Position numbers and translations under genes: made by a program. Shown here one piece after another: positions 35,686 through 49,324 of a stretch of 64,000 bases of DNA. The stretch spans positions 124,250,001 through 124,314,000 of the forward strand of contig CM059432.1 in NCBI GenBank assembly GCA_030390025.1. The letters are read 5' to 3'. A model generated the notes under the pieces. The model saw nothing but the letters and a program-made list of their open reading frames with translations, searched no databases and was not told where the DNA came from. Origin of the DNA: Squalus acanthias. Its lineage: Eukaryota. Numbering within the stretch: position 1 is the first letter of the stretch; every line of letters starts with the position of its first letter.

Positions 35686-38600
35686 GGCCTAAATTTTAAT
35701 GAGGATGCGAGTTGGGAGCGGGGATGGGGGAGCTCTGAAGCATTCTCCCAGGTTTATGAAAATAAATTAGCAAAAAATATAAAAACAGATAGCAAGAGTT
35801 TCTATAGTTATATAAAAAGAAAAAGGGTGGCTAAGGCAAACGTAGGTCCCTTAGAAGATGAGACCTGGAAATTAATGGTGGGAAACATGGAGATGGCAAA
35901 AATGCTGAACAAATATTTTGTTTCAGTCTTTACGGTAGAGGACACTAAGAATATCCCAACACTGGACAAACAGGGGGCTCTAGGGGGGGAGGAGCTAAAT
36001 ACGATTAAAATCACTAAGGAATTGGTACTCAGTAAAATAATGGGACTCAAGGCAGATAAATCCCCTGGACCTGATGGCTTACATCCTAGGGTCTTGAGAG
36101 AAGTGGCAGTAGGGATTGTGGATGCTTTGGTAATAATTTTCCAAAATTCCCTGGACTCAGCAAAGGTCCCGGCAGATTGGAAAACTGCTAATGTAACACC
36201 CTTATTTAAAAAGGGTAGTAGGCAGAAGGCTGGAAATTATAGACCAGTTAGCCTAACATCTGTGGTGGGTAAAATTTTGGAGTCTATTATTAAGGAAACA
36301 GTAACGGAACATTTAGATAAACATAATTTAATAGGACAAAGTCAGCATGGCTTTATGAAGGGGAAGTCATGTCTGACAAATTTGCTTGAGTTCTTTGAGG
36401 ATATAACGTACAGGGTGGATAAAGGGGAACCAGTGGACGTAGTGTATTTAGACTTCCAGAAGGCATTCGACAAGGTGCCACATAAAAGATTATTGCTCAA
36501 GATAAAAAATCACTGGATTGGGGGTAATATTCTGGCATGGGTGGAGGATTGGTTATCTAACAGGAAGTTGGGATAAATGGTTCATTCTCGGACTGGCAAC
36601 CAGTAGCCAGTGGTGTTCCGCAGGGGTCGGTGCTGGGTCCCCAACTCTTTACAATCTATATTAATGATTTGGAGGAGGGGACTGAGTGTAACATATCAAA
36701 GTTTGCAGATGATACAAAGATGGGAGGGAAAGTAGAAAGTGAGGAGGACATAAAAACCTACAAGGGTATATAGACAGGCTGGGTGAGTGGGCGGAGATTT
36801 GGCAGATGCAATACAATATTGGAAAATGTGAGGTTATGCACTTTGGCAGGAAAAATCAGAGAGCAAGTTATTATCTTAATGGCGAGAAACTGGAAAGTAC
36901 TGCAGTACAAAGGGATCTGGGGGTCCTAGTGCAAGAAAATCAAAAAGTTAGTATGCAGGTGCAGCAGGTGATCAAGAAGGCCAACGGAATGTTGGCTTTT
37001 ATTGCTAGGGGGATAGATTATAAAAACAGGGAGGTATTGCTGCAGTTATATAAGGTATTGGTGAGACCGCACCTGGAATACTGCATACAGTTTTGGTGTC
37101 CATACTTAAGAAAAGACATACTTGCTGTCGAGGCAGTACAAAGAAGGTTCACTCGGTTAATCCCGTGGATGAGGGGGTGGACATATGAGGAGAGGTTGAG
37201 TAGATTGGGACTCTACTCATTGGAGTTCAGAAGAATGAGAGGCGATCTTATTGAAACATATAAGATTGTGAAGGGGCTTGATCGGGTGGATGCGGTAAGG
37301 ATGTTCCCAAGGATGGGTGAAACTAGAACTAGGGGGCATAATCTTAGAATAAGGGGCTGCTCTTTCAAAACTGAGATGAGGAGAAACTTCTTCACTCAGA
37401 GGGTAGTAGGTCTGTGGAATTTGCTGCCCCAGGAAGCTGTGGAAGCTACATCATTAAATAAATTTAAAACAGAAATAGACAGTTTCCTAGAAGTAAAGGG
37501 AATTAGGGGTTACGGTGAGCGGGCAGGAAATTGGACATGAGGCTGAGTTCGGATCGGTCAAAGGCCCTGTGGGTGGCAGAGCGGGCCCAGGGGCTGAGTG
37601 GTCGGGTCCTGCTCCTACTTCTTGTGTTCTTTAGATTTGAGGTTAGGATCAGATCAGCCATGATCTTATTGAATGGCGGAGCAGGATCGAGGGGCCGATT
37701 GGCCTACTCCTGCTCCTATTTCTTATGTTCTTATGTTCTTATGTTTCCTGCAGGGCCTGCCCCCACATTTAGCGGCAGAGCCTGATTTGCACGGGAAACC
37801 TCTGTTTCTCACCCGCAGCCAGCCAGATTGAGAGGCTGGCTGGCTCCAGGCGGGTAGGCCTGCGGCACTAGGCCGCAGAGAGGAGGGAGGGAGGGATCGC
37901 GGGGGGCCGGGGAGCGGCCAGAGGAGCACGGGGAGCGGTGGAGGGGTGTCGGGAACAATCAGGGGCCGGAAGCAGCACGGGGGGGGAGGGGGGGAGTCGG
38001 AGGAGCGGAGGAGGGGCTAAAGGAGCAGGGGGTGGTCAGAGGAGCTGGAGGGGGTGTCGGAAACAATTGGGGGCCAGAGCGCCAGATCGGGAGCCGGTGC
38101 AACAGTTCAGGGCCGGAGGAGCACGGAGGAGCATGGGGGGATGAGGAGCGAGGGTGGGGGGGGGCGCAGAAGGAACAGGGGAGGGGAGGAGGAGCAGGGA
38201 TGGGGAAGAGGAGTGAAGGAGAGGAGGTGGAGCGAGGGGGGAGGAGCAGCAGGGGGGTCAGAGAAGTGGGGGGAGGAATCAGAGGTCTGGAGGGGAACCG
38301 GAGGACCCGTGGGGTGAGGTTCTCCGATCGCGGGGGGTAGGCTAGGTAAGGACGCTGGATCCAGGAGGTGAGTGTAAAGGCATTTACCATCCGGATCCAG
38401 CAATCTTCGCCTTACTTTAGCTGGCAGGTTTCACGAGGCCTGCAAAACCCGACCAGCTAAAGTTAAATTCAAAATAGCTTAAATCAGAGCCTTCCAGTCT
38501 CATTATAATATTTAAATAGATGGCCCACCTCCTGGGAACAGGTTGGCTGCCCGCCCCCCTGTCCTGCCTCTGTTAAAACCGGAAGTGGGCGGGTTGGAGG

Positions 38601-38688
38601 CGTGTTCTGGCTGGGATTCAGATTTTTAACACTTTAACTTCCCACGCGACCCCAACCCACCCGTTTTTTTAGGTTAAAATTTCCCCCC
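35686..38688. mobile_element. Harbinger-type MITE split by a CR1; parts at 35686-35755 and 37743-38688
   Basis: Ends ggcctaaattttaa / ttaaaatttcccccc with ATT on both sides (35683-35685, 38689-38691); G-rich interior; homologous to 1012-2510 in the opposite orientation. Confidence 0.75.
35756..37742 (+). mobile_element. 5'-truncated, relatively young CR1 LINE
   Basis: ORF2 in long open segments (35827-36576, 36806-37540), [10 protein letters not shown] and FADD between them, few indels; (ttcttatg)n tail; possible gttt TSD. Confidence 0.95.
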
Positions 38689-38914
38689 ATTGAATTTAGA
38701 GAGCAAAGGGTGTGGTGAAAAACTAAATGGCTAAATTTAATGAGCTGGCACTTCTGGTGGGAATCTTGCTTAACAGGAGGAGTGATTGGACAATCACGCA
38801 CATAAATCAATGTGTCTGATTCGCTGCTCTCCAATTTCCTATCTGCTCTCTACAGTTGACTGAGACTGGAAGCACCAGCTGGTAAAATTTACTCCAGAGA
38901 GTGAAACTTGGGTG

Positions 38915-39150
38915 CTAACTAGAAAAAGCTACATCATGGAGTTTCATATGGGGCTTGTGCTGATACTGATGTTTATGATATTCTTAAATGATATGGAGGA
39001 GAGCATTTCCAGTAATATTGTAAAATTGTCAAGCTGTGTGACTAGTGTGTGGGAAACTGATAGCATTTTATGGAATTTGGACAAAGTCATTGGCAGGCGG
39101 GCTTTTCTGGATGTATGTAGGGTACCACACATTGAAGCAGGAAATAAATG
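38915..39150 (+). mobile_element. Ancient CR1 RT fragment
   Basis: MGLVLILMFMIFLNDMEESISSNIVK resembles decayed QGSVLGPLLFxIFINDLEEGI.S.I.KF. Confidence 0.45.
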
Positions 39151-39394
39151 TTAGTAGATCTCTTATGGCATGAGGCATGGATATACCGGGACCTGGAGAG
39201 CAGTTTTTGATGTTTATGATTACCACAGCCCCACTGCAACCTAAATGTGCTATAATACAGAAAATGTTGTAAATCAATACAGTATATACTGTACCAGTCA
39301 ATGGAACTGAAGGTCGGACAGTTTCTATAACCTTGAAATGCAGTTTTATGCCCAGGAGTCAAGTTGAAAATTTACCCCATGTCTCTGCCTATAT

Positions 39395-39970
39395 AACCTG
39401 CAATCCCTCTATTCTCCATCCCACTCCCACTCTGACCTCTCTGTCCTTGGCGTCCCACACTGTTCCAAAGAAACTCAACAGCAGCTCGAGTAACAGCATC
39501 TCATCTTTCGATTAGGCACATTACAGCCTTTCGGACTCAACACTGAGTTCAACAATTTCAGACCACAACCACAGCTCCCACTTTTTCAGACAGCAGTTGC
39601 TGGTAATGATTCTACTGTCGCCATTTATGGCTCCTCTAGACCCACCTTTTGTTCCTTTACTTGTTCCATTAGCATCCGCTTATGCCTTGCATCATCATCC
39701 CTTTTGTCATTTAATCACTCCTGCCTTTCGCCCTATCACAGACCTTCCCTTCTGTTCTTTCCTCCCCTCCTCCTCCTCTCCCCACCCCCACTTTTCCCTG
39801 CCTTGCTTAAAACCTGTTACATCACGAACTTTTTTCAGTTCTGACTAAAGGTCATCGACCTGAAACATTAACTCTGTTTCTCTCTCCACAGATGCTGCCT
39901 GACCTGCTGAGTATTTCCAGCATTTTCTGTTTTTATTTCAGATTTCCAGCATCCGCAGTATTTTGCTTTT
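39395..39970 (+). mobile_element. Penelope-like retroelement 3' fragment
   Basis: Reverse-orientation homolog of 4822-5440 (cagcatctcatctttcgattaggcac...ttcaacaatttcaga; terminal gatgctgcctgacctgctgagtatttccagc). Confidence 0.85.
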
Positions 39971-40325
39971 GTTCCCTCTACTTTTGTTTTTTGTTGCTTT
40001 ATTTCCCATGTGGGATTTTCAGTACTGGCTTAAAATTCAGGGACTTTATTCTTCCTTCTCCCTCGTCAAAAAATCCTTTTTTCAGCTGATCTAAAACTGC
40101 CCCTTCCCGCTGAAGGTATCATTCAAGCAGCGCTGCCCACAGAGATTGCACCCACTGAGTCTCCAGTGACCAGACCTCGCTAACTGACTGATTCCAGGAG
40201 CTATGCCCAAGGTTAGCATCAAGGAGCTTCCTAAGTATTTCCCTCTTGACCTTGTACAAACACCAGTCCTTCCTCAACAACACAAAAAAATAACTTATCT
40301 CAAACAACATCGATCGAAACTCAGA

Positions 40326-40729
40326 AGCCTCAATTTTAACTCCGGGTCAGTTTTCTGTGGGTAAGCAGCTGTGAGAGTTACAAACTCACCCACTTCTACA
40401 GAAAGGAGGCCCGGCATATTTTAACAGCCAGGCCTCATTTAAATTCCATTGGCAGGAAGTGGAGGAAAATCGCGCAGCCCAGAGGCGCCCGCTAGTGGCG
40501 GGATCAGCTGCCGTGCCATCGGGCGGGTCGAGGTTAGGGCAGGGGAGACCTATGATTTACTCGGGGCCCCACCAGCTTTGGGCAGGTATCCTTGCTGCCT
40601 GTTCAAGAGAACAGTTGCAAATCTGATCCGGTCAGATTCTGGTGCCTCCAGGCTCCAGTAAGTACCTTGGGTGATTTGAACTGCCCACCTGCTTGGTTTC
40701 CGCCCAGTGGGTAGGATTAAAATAGCCCC
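40326..40729. mobile_element. Harbinger-type MITE
   Basis: Ends gcctcaattttaac / attaaaatagcccc; homologous to 45137-45578 (gaaaggaggccc, ggcctcatttaaat, ccagctttggg). Confidence 0.65.
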
Positions 40730-40859
40730 AAAATGTTAATTTAATGTCTTAAACTATATTAAAATGCGGAAACAATATCTTTGGGGTTTTTTTCCCTGTC
40801 AGTCTCACCACACAGTTTTTATTTGTAAATCTTTTGCATGGTTTGTCACAGTACTCCCC

Positions 40860-42410
40860 GGGTAATGTAGTTCTACAGAAGCAGGGTGAAAATCAAAAGT
40901 CCCTTGATTCTTCACTCTTGTCACACACAGGATTTCTCCACATGAGCTGTAACTCGGGGTTAATGATCTTCTTCACATTGGACAGGCTGGGAGATTGAAT
41001 GGATAAGGGCTTCAATCGTATCACGGAGCTCCAAAAGTCTGCTCTCTTGCAGATCAGAAGGAGTACTGAGCCTGGCAACAGGGGCAGTCATGCAATGTGA
41101 CTGTAGCATGTTGCTATTTCTCATGATGACAACACATCTGGACCCTTGCAATCCCCTCATCTAATGTCTGCCCTGCTGCCAGAAAGCCAGCTGAGTCAGA
41201 TTGCCCTGGCAGAAGCTGAGTTGCTGCAGTCGGGCCCCTCATGCCCAAACTATGAATCATGAGTATGTCATGACCCCTTGACAGAACTACACCAGCCTTC
41301 CACCTCCCATGCTGCAGCCACTGAAGGAGCACTTCACTGAAGCACTAGACTAGGTAAAATCGTATTTATGACAGCCACCAGGGTGGCAATTAGTGTATAG
41401 ATTTTTCTGTAAGCCAATAAAATGATAATCCTTTGTGAAGTCTTTGTGTGTAGAGGCTGGTCCTGTAGTAGCTGCTGATCCTGCAATGTCAGTTGACATG
41501 AACATCAATGTTGGTCTTTGGACAGATGCAGTTATTGGAGGGTGGAAGAGCTAGGAGAGACGTTGGACATACAGCAACTTTATTAAGGAGAACAAGGATT
41601 GTTCAAGCGAAGTGCTCTTCAATGAGCTGCTGCCAAAGAGCTCTGGCTGCAGGCAACTGTTAGAACCCCCATTACCTCACGATGCTCTATGTCATCAGTA
41701 TCTTCTCCCTCATGATGCTGAAGGTCCCTGTCTAATGGTGGTTTCATGTTGCAGTGCATAGCACACAACGAAACGCGATCATACAGATAAACTTTGTGGG
41801 CTGTATTGCGAGACTCCACCAGATCTGTCCGGGCATCAGAATCGCTGCTTGAGGACTCCATGGCTTGCTGGATGATAGCTCTAGATGAGCCAGAGATCTG
41901 ATTGCAGCGCAGTTCAGCCACTGAGTGTGGGATCCTGAGAGGACTCATGTGCAGGGATTGGCCTTTGTCCCCAAGCAGCCAAGTTCCCACTTGCTGTACA
42001 GGGGCAAAGAGTGGGGGGCGCGGGGCGGGGGGTGGGGTGGTGGGGAGAATGGAGGACTGCTGAGTTATAAAACCATCATGGCAACTTCTGGGAGAACGGG
42101 TAGCTCTGCATGATGCGTTGCTGGTCATCACATACTGGTTGCACATTAATACAGTGAAAGCCCTTGCAATTCATGAATGTAGTGGGGTAGTGTGAAGGAG
42201 CCTGCAGGTTGATATGAGTGCAGTCAATGACACACTGGACTTGGAAGAACCTGCAATCTGTAAGAACTCTGCTGCTTCCAGATGTCCATGGGGAACGCTT
42301 TTGCAAACAGAGCATCAGTCACTTGTTTAATGCAAGCATGGACTGCAGACTGACTGGTGATGTACTGGACTTGTATTGAACACAAACTTTGAGTTATATA
42401 GATGGGCACA
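40860..42410. mobile_element. Old decayed Harbinger element (transposase on minus, probable ORF2 tail on plus)
   Basis: Minus-strand transposase pieces; plus-strand QPSTSHAAATEGAL..STRLGK near 41290-41360; opposing aataaa signals at about 41416(+) and 41578(-). Confidence 0.6.
41619..42400 (-). pseudogene. Highly decayed HARBI1-like transposase
   Basis: QSAVHACIKQVTDALF, VQCVIDCTHI, FMNCKGFHCINVQPVCD and WLLGDKG in successive frames. Confidence 0.82.
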
Positions 42411-42984
42411 ATCAATGGATGTATATTAGCAAAGTGGAAAGGAAAATTAATTTTGGTGTGATTACTAACCCTTCATGCACCCAGTTGCTCTGAAGATTGC
42501 ATCAAGATAGATAATCAATTACTGAGATGTATCTGGAAAGCATCTGCTAACACGTCAAAGCAGCTACTCATCGGTGAGGCCTCATTTACAATATTTTGTG
42601 CAAATTTGGGCAAACAACCTTTAAAGGGACATCAGTGCTTTGGACAGGAGAATAACTCCGATAAATAAAGTAAAGAAATATAACTTATTTCCATTGGCTA
42701 AATACTGAGAAGAGACATAATCCAGGTTTATTTAACAAATGGGAGATGTGCATATGGAGAAATAAACAAGTTCCTTAGTTATGACTGTGACCATAAAAAT
42801 AGAGAGGCCAAGCACCAATTTAATGTAAGCGATTCTAATGGATCAAATAATCCTACTTCACCTCTTCCCCCAGAGTAAAAGTTACGTGTAATAGATTTCT
42901 GTCAAAATATATTTTTTTTAAATCTGGATAAATGACTGGTCAAGACAATAAGAAAAAGTACAGGCATAGAGTCTCAAATACTCC

Positions 42985-43744
42985 GTGGCTGGAATTTGCA
43001 AGTTTCTGACCTGCCCAGAGCGGGGGTGCCGGTGGACCACAGGAAACATGGAGGTCTGGGTTTCCCCGCACACTGTTGAGTTTTAACTCCACAACCTGTG
43101 TGTGAGACGTCATGGGCAGGTCCCCCAGCCGGGCGGGAACCCTGGACAGGAGGCCCAAACAAACAGGTAGGTGCAAAATCTGATCCTGGGGGGGGGGGGG
43201 TTCCAAGCCCAGGGAGGGGCGGGGGGTCCGATCCCCTGGGGGTGGCGGGGTGGTCCAGTACCCAACCCCGGGGGTGAGTTTCGATCCCCGACCCCATGGG
43301 GGAGTTCTGATCCCCGTGGGAGGTCCAATCCCCGACCCCATGGCGGGGGGATGGGGGAGGATGGGTTTGTGTGGGGGGGTGGGGATGATGGTGGGTGAGC
43401 TTTGGGGGCCGGGAGTATGGTCTCCTGCACCTCTCGGCCTACAAGATTGCTCCCCGAGGCTGAGGCCGGCTTGTTGCAGCCATCGTGAATCCCGAGACCC
43501 GGGATCCCCGGCCGCCTGCAGTAAAACCTGCACAGCAGGTTAAAGCAGAGGCTTCAGGGCCTTATTATAATATTTAAAATGCCAACTCGCCTCCTGGCAG
43601 CGGGTTGGCTGCCCCCCCCCCACCCTCCGTCCCGCCTGAGTAAAAGCCGAAAGTGGGCGGGTTGGGGTCGGGATTTAATTTTTAATACTTTAACTTCCCC
43701 CCACCGCCCCCAACCCACTTGTTATTTTCATGTTAAGATTCCCC
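42985..43744. mobile_element. Harbinger-type MITE
   Basis: The right part (ttattataatatttaaa...aagtgggcgggttgg...tttaacttcccc...gttaagattcccc) is homologous to 38500-38688. Confidence 0.65.
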
Positions 43745-44184
43745 TCCATGAATCAGGATGTCTTCTGTGCTAATGGGGGCCATAAAACTGTAATTTGTAA
43801 AATACAATTAGTCGAGGTTGAATACTGTAGACTGTAATATTAGTTAGTTGTCCTGAAGTTTTGCTAGGTTACTTTAGGGAGCCAGGGAGGACAGAGTTTT
43901 ATCTTCTGACAGGTTTACCTGGGCCTGGTCATTTCCTTCCAAGATTAAATAAGTTGGTTACTTGGCAAAATCAGGCTAATTGTAGGTTGTCTGTGGAAAG
44001 AACAAAGTTGGTGCACACCCAAATGCCTTATCTATCTTGTTATGTACATGTGTCACTGAAGAATTATGTACATACAAAATGCCTGCTGCCTAATTACTTC
44101 TGATCAGTTTTAAACTATGAAGCTGTATAACAAGGGAGGATTGAGCTGCCATTAACTGTATGGATAATTTCCCCCATTCCTGTT

Positions 44185-44595
44185 CACACTGGGCTATAAT
44201 CCCATAGGCACCAGCAGAGAGTTGGTAACTCGCCCAAATGGCCATTCTTTATGTGCATGGCTAGACAGTATGTCAGCAGACTCTTTGACCATGGAGGGAA
44301 ACACAGCAAAACCCAGTCTATTGCTGCCTGATGTCCACACACATGCACACGTACTTCATTCGACAGAAGGGAGCATGCGATATTCACTGGGAGTGGGATA
44401 TTCATTGGGAGTGGGAACCCGGCTGGATTTTTTTTCCCTTTCCTACTCCCGGAAGGAAGGCCAATTATATCGCACGCACTGCTGCACTAGAGCAAATCAA
44501 CTAACTCAGCACACACAAAGGATTGAATCGGGATCGTATCCAGTGTGGTTCACTCTCGCAGTGCACAGTGAATTTCGCCAATGAGCTATTATGGC
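44185..44595 (-). mobile_element. AmnSINE2-like SINE, near full length
   Basis: Reverse-complement motifs ggccattctt, atgtccacacacatgcac, gggaacccggctggattt, ggccaatt, ctaactcagcaca and ccaatgagcta. Confidence 0.65.
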
Positions 44596-45136
44596 ATCCC
44601 ACTACAACATGTTTAACTTTAATAAACAAATGTTAAAAATTTGTAAGAATTTGCACTACAAGATATACATAAGTATTACTACAAGATGAGTTTTCCCCAT
44701 GGTTGAGTGTTCAGGGCAAGCTGTTACTAATTGCTGTAATAATTTGGCCTGCTCAAAAGCCAAATGGTAGAAGAAGCTATTTAGATAAATCTATACTGTT
44801 GTTTCTTAAATGCGCTTCATTTTTTTGTTGATGTAGTTAGAGATTTGTAAAGATATCAACAGTTAAGCAACCCATGACCAAACTTTGGGATTATCTTTTG
44901 ATTTAGGAAATGGATATTCTGAATGCATCTACGTTTCACTGACAGATGGGCCTTCTGCAGGGTTAGACAGCATGTCAACTTTCTTCTCCTGAGCTACTCT
45001 CCTAACGTGAGGCCTCCACTTAGCAGCACAAACAAGAGCTGATAAGACACACGCCTTCCTACACTGAAGCCGCTCTGTCCCACCACAGACATTGGGTAAG
45101 GCATCAATGGTCATATATCAGTTGCAGAGACTAATA

Positions 45137-45578
45137 GGCCTGGATTTTTACTGCCAGCTGGATTCTGGCGGTAAAACCACCCTGGTGAGTTAATTTCCCG
45201 TCTGTCTGCGGCAGAAGGAGACCCGGGCTATTTTAACAGTTGGGCCTCATTTAAATCCCATCCGGGCACCGAGACCAGGCGAGCGGCAGGATTGGCTGCT
45301 GGAAACATCCCATGGGAGTTTCGCAGCAGGGAGGGGGGAGTGCGAGTCCACGACAGGGGAGGGCTAAGCTTTCCATGAGGAGCATTGCTCCTCCTGGCAC
45401 CACGAGGAAAGTCATTTACCTTTTAGGGACTTTTCTGACCAGACATGCATATGTAAAGAAGGACCCCCGCCAGCTTTGGGCCGGTGTCCTTGTCGCCTGC
45501 TCAGTTGAGAAGGTTAAAATCCAGAATGGTCAGCTCCCTTCTCCGTTTCCGCTGGGTGGGTACGGTTAAAGTCACCCC
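45137..45578. mobile_element. Harbinger-type MITE
   Basis: Ends ggcctggattttta / ttaaagtcacccc, flanked by ata / tta. Confidence 0.6.
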
Positions 45579-45711
45579 TTAATGTTCAATCTCTGCCTAC
45601 ACTGGAAATATAAAACACAGTCTCGAACCCCCTCCTGGATCTCCCTCACAACCACACAGCCTACCCCCATAGAAAAATGACAGGATGAGAAGAAAGTTGG
45701 AAGTAATTAAA

Positions 45712-46130
45712 GAACTTGGATTTTTATAGTGCTTTTTCACATCAACACGATGACTCAAAACACTTAATTAACCAATTAATTACTTTTTGGAAGTGCAGTC
45801 ACTGTTGAAATGCATAAAGACGTGCTGGCAAATTTGCACTAAAAGCGAATGAGATGAACGATCAGTTAATTTGTTTTTCTGGGGTTGTTTGAGAATTGAA
45901 CATTAGCCATGGCACTGGGAGAACTCTGTAACCCTTCTTCAAATAGTGGCGTGAGATTTTTTTTTATGTCCACCTGAACAGGCCGATGGAGCCTCACCTC
46001 ATCCAAAAGACAGCACCCCTGACTACACTGAAGTGTCAGGTTAGATTGTGCTCAAGTCCTCCAATGAGACTTGAACCCACGAACATTCTGACTCAGAGGC
46101 ATGAGTGCTACCAACTGAGCACAAACTGAC
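45712..46130 (-). mobile_element. Deu-domain SINE, full length, decayed
   Basis: The tRNA head reads gctcagttggtagcactc...gggttcaagtc on the minus strand; Deu core ctcatccaaaagacagcacc. Confidence 0.8.
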
Positions 46131-46884
46131 GCTTGAGTATACTGCCAGGCACCAGAGAAGGCAGGGTGGCCCCTGCATTCCCTGCATTTACATCTGTCCC
46201 TTGTACCAAAACCCACAACAAGAGTTTCCTCAGGAGTTCTCCTGATCGGCTGCCGTAACTTCAGCAGAAGATCGGCCGACTTGGTTCCATGGTCACTTCT
46301 TCGTATAATCCTTATGACTGCGTATGGCAGATTCTAGCATCAGATAGCCCTAAGAACTATGCCTTCACTAATTGAATCCATATCCTTCTGTTCATTTTAA
46401 AGTATTTAACTCATTTTGGAGCAGGTTTTAGAGACAAACATGGAAGCTCAGTACTTGGGAACACATTATCAATGTTGTGCATCCTTTTGATGAAATGCTG
46501 TTCTTCTGAAGATTTGCTCACTAAAGCCTTTCTCTTAAAATTTTACTTGGCAACAAAAACAATTAATAACATTTACAGGCATTAAAATACAAAGAAAAAT
46601 ATCAAAATGAAAATGATTGAAATACCTTAAAGTGTTGAAGAGTTGAATATATAATTCTGGCTATCATCCATGAAAACAGGCATGGATAATTTCAATTCAA
46701 GCTGTTGTACTAGACTGTTTCCACAATGGTTATGGCAAATACATTAATGTCATATTGTACTTTAATGCTCGACTGAACATGACTACATCAGCACTTCAAT
46801 CAAATATCTGGTAGAATCAGTGTCTGGAAACACTACTCTTATGTAAAATATGGATAATCATAATTCCACTATTATCACCTTCAT

Positions 46885-48803
46885 CAGCCCACCAAGCCAA
46901 CTTCCTCTAAGGTTCCCCCCTGCCCTAGCCCTGAACTCACATCTTTCTCCAGTTTCTCTCCGATCTCCCCTCATGAACTCTCCGCACTCATCTTGTCCAT
47001 GAGACCCACTTCCTGCTCCCTCGACCCTATTCCCACCAAACCGCTGACCACCCAACTTCCCTTCCTGGCCCACATGTTAGTCGATATTGTTAATGGTTCC
47101 CTCTCCTCAGGTACTGATCCCCTCCTCTTCAAATCTGTCATTATCACCCACCTCGTCAAAAAATCCACCCTTGACCAATGTTCCCCCTAAGGTGCGCGCG
47201 TGGCCGCGCAGTAATCTGAAAGGTCCCGCACAGGCCTCTCACCAAATACCGCACATGCACAGAAATTTAAAGGGACCGCGCATTAAAAGAAACAGGCTGC
47301 GCAGAACAAAACGCAGCTTACAGGGAACATTGCCCTTGACCCCTCTGTCATTACAAACTATCACCCCATCTCCATCCTCCCTTTCCTCTCCAAAATCCTT
47401 GCACTTGTTCTCGCCTCCCAAATCCATGTCTGTCTTTCCCGCAACATCCATGTCTGAACCTCTCCAATCAGATTTCCGCCCCTGCCACAGCACTGGAACA
47501 GCCCTTATCAAATTCACAAATGACATCCTATGTGTCTGTAACTGTGGTAAACTATCCCTGCTCATCCTTCTCGCCCTGTCTGCAGCCTTTGACACGGTTG
47601 ACCACACCATCCTCCTCCAACACCTCTCCTCCGTTATCCAACTGGCTGGGACTGCCCTCACTTAGTTCCATTCCTATCTATCCAGTCCTAGCCAGAGAAT
47701 CACCTGCAATGGCTTCTCTTCTCGCTCCCACACCATTATATTTGGAGTCTCCCAAGGATCTATCCTTGCCGCCCCCCCCCCCTCCTATTTCTCATCTACA
47801 TGCTGCCCCTCGGCGACATCATCCGAAAACACAACAGTGGGTTCCATATGTACACTGACGACACCCAGCTCTACCTCACCACCATCTCTCTCGACCCCTC
47901 CATTGCCTTTGATTTGTCAGACTGCTTGTCCAACATCCAATATTAGATGAGCAGAAATTTCCTCCAATTAAATATTGGGAAGACAGAAGCCATTGTCTTC
48001 AATCCCTGCTACAAACTCCGTTCCCTAGCCACCGACTCGATCCCTTTTCCTGGTTACTGTCTGAGGCTGAACCAGACCGTTCACAACCTTTGATTTCATA
48101 TTTGACCCTGAGCTGAGCTTCCCAATCCCATATACTCGCTATCACCAAGACCACCTACTTACACCTCCGTAACATCGCCCGTCTCTGCCTCTGCCTCTGA
48201 TCAGCTGCTGCTGAAACCCTCACCCATGCATTTGTTACCACTAGACTTGACTATTCCAATGCTCTCCCGGCCGGACTCCCACCTTGCACCTTCCGTAAAC
48301 TTGAGCTCATCCAAAACTCGGCCTCCCATATCCTAACTCGCACCAAGTCCCGTCACCCATCACCCCTGTGCTAACTGACTGATATTGGCTCCTAATCCTG
48401 CAACGCCTCGACTTTAAAATTCTCACCCCTGTCTTTAAATCCCTCCACAGCCTCGCCCCTCTCTATTTTTGTCACCCGTCCAGCCCTCCAACCCCCAAGA
48501 TCACTGTAGTCCTCCAATTCTGGCCTCTAGCACATAACCGATTTTCATTGCTCCACCATTGGTGGCCGTGCTTTCAGCTGCCAAGGCCCTAAGCTCTGGA
48601 AATCCCTCCCTAAACCTCTCTGCCTCTCTCTCTTCCTTGAAGATGCTCCTTAAAATCTACCTCTTTGACCAAGCTTCTGGTCACCTGTCCTAATTTCTCC
48701 TTATGTGGCTCGGTGGCAAATTTTGTTTGATAATCGCTCCTGTGAAGCACCTTGGGAAGTTTTACTACATTAAAGGTGCTATATAAATGCAAGTTGTTGT
48801 TGT
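46885..48803 (+). mobile_element. 5'-truncated L2-clade LINE containing a hAT MITE
   Basis: Colinear with 33245-34977; (gtt)n tail. Confidence 0.92.
47176..47332. mobile_element. hAT-superfamily MITE (157 bp)
   Basis: TIRs caatgttccccctaag / cttacagggaacattg (14/16); perfect 8-bp TSD cccttgac at 47168-47175 and 47333-47340. Confidence 0.92.
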
Positions 48804-49324
48804 GATACCTTATATAGGCTCTACAACAGAGAATACCCACCAGGTAAAAGGTGAAGATTCATTCATGTCTGTTACTTTATGTAAGATGTATGTTTCAGTG
48901 TCCATTCCTATAAGCATTTGCTGTGAAATTGGCAAGTTACGTGCCAAGATCCAGCCATATTGATATGTCCAACTAACCAATGGGCATCTTGCATTCCCAT
49001 TGACACCATAGAAATATTTAAAACGTCCCGTTTCATAAAAATGGTTACGACTTTTTTGATTCGGTAAAGAAAGGTCAGGTTTTCCTCCTTGTTGCATCTG
49101 GAGAAAGTTCAGTTCCTAGGCACAGCCAAGAGGAAATGGAGGAGGTGACCCTATTGTGTCAGATTTCCTGACCACCTGCTCCCCTTGGGCCTTCTGCTCT
49201 CCAACCGGGACTACAGCTGTTCTGCTGTTCACCCCCCAAGCAGCACCCACCCCCTACCATTCCCAGCACATGGCCCTTCCAGGGGCAGGCCTGCACCAGG
49301 AATGTAGCGAGGCCATTTCCCTCG

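Noticed and set aside
37938..38403. Overlapping Gly- or Pro-rich ORFs on both strands (also 42940-43543)
   Set aside because: G-rich MITE interiors; open in several frames at once, which indicates a compositional artefact.
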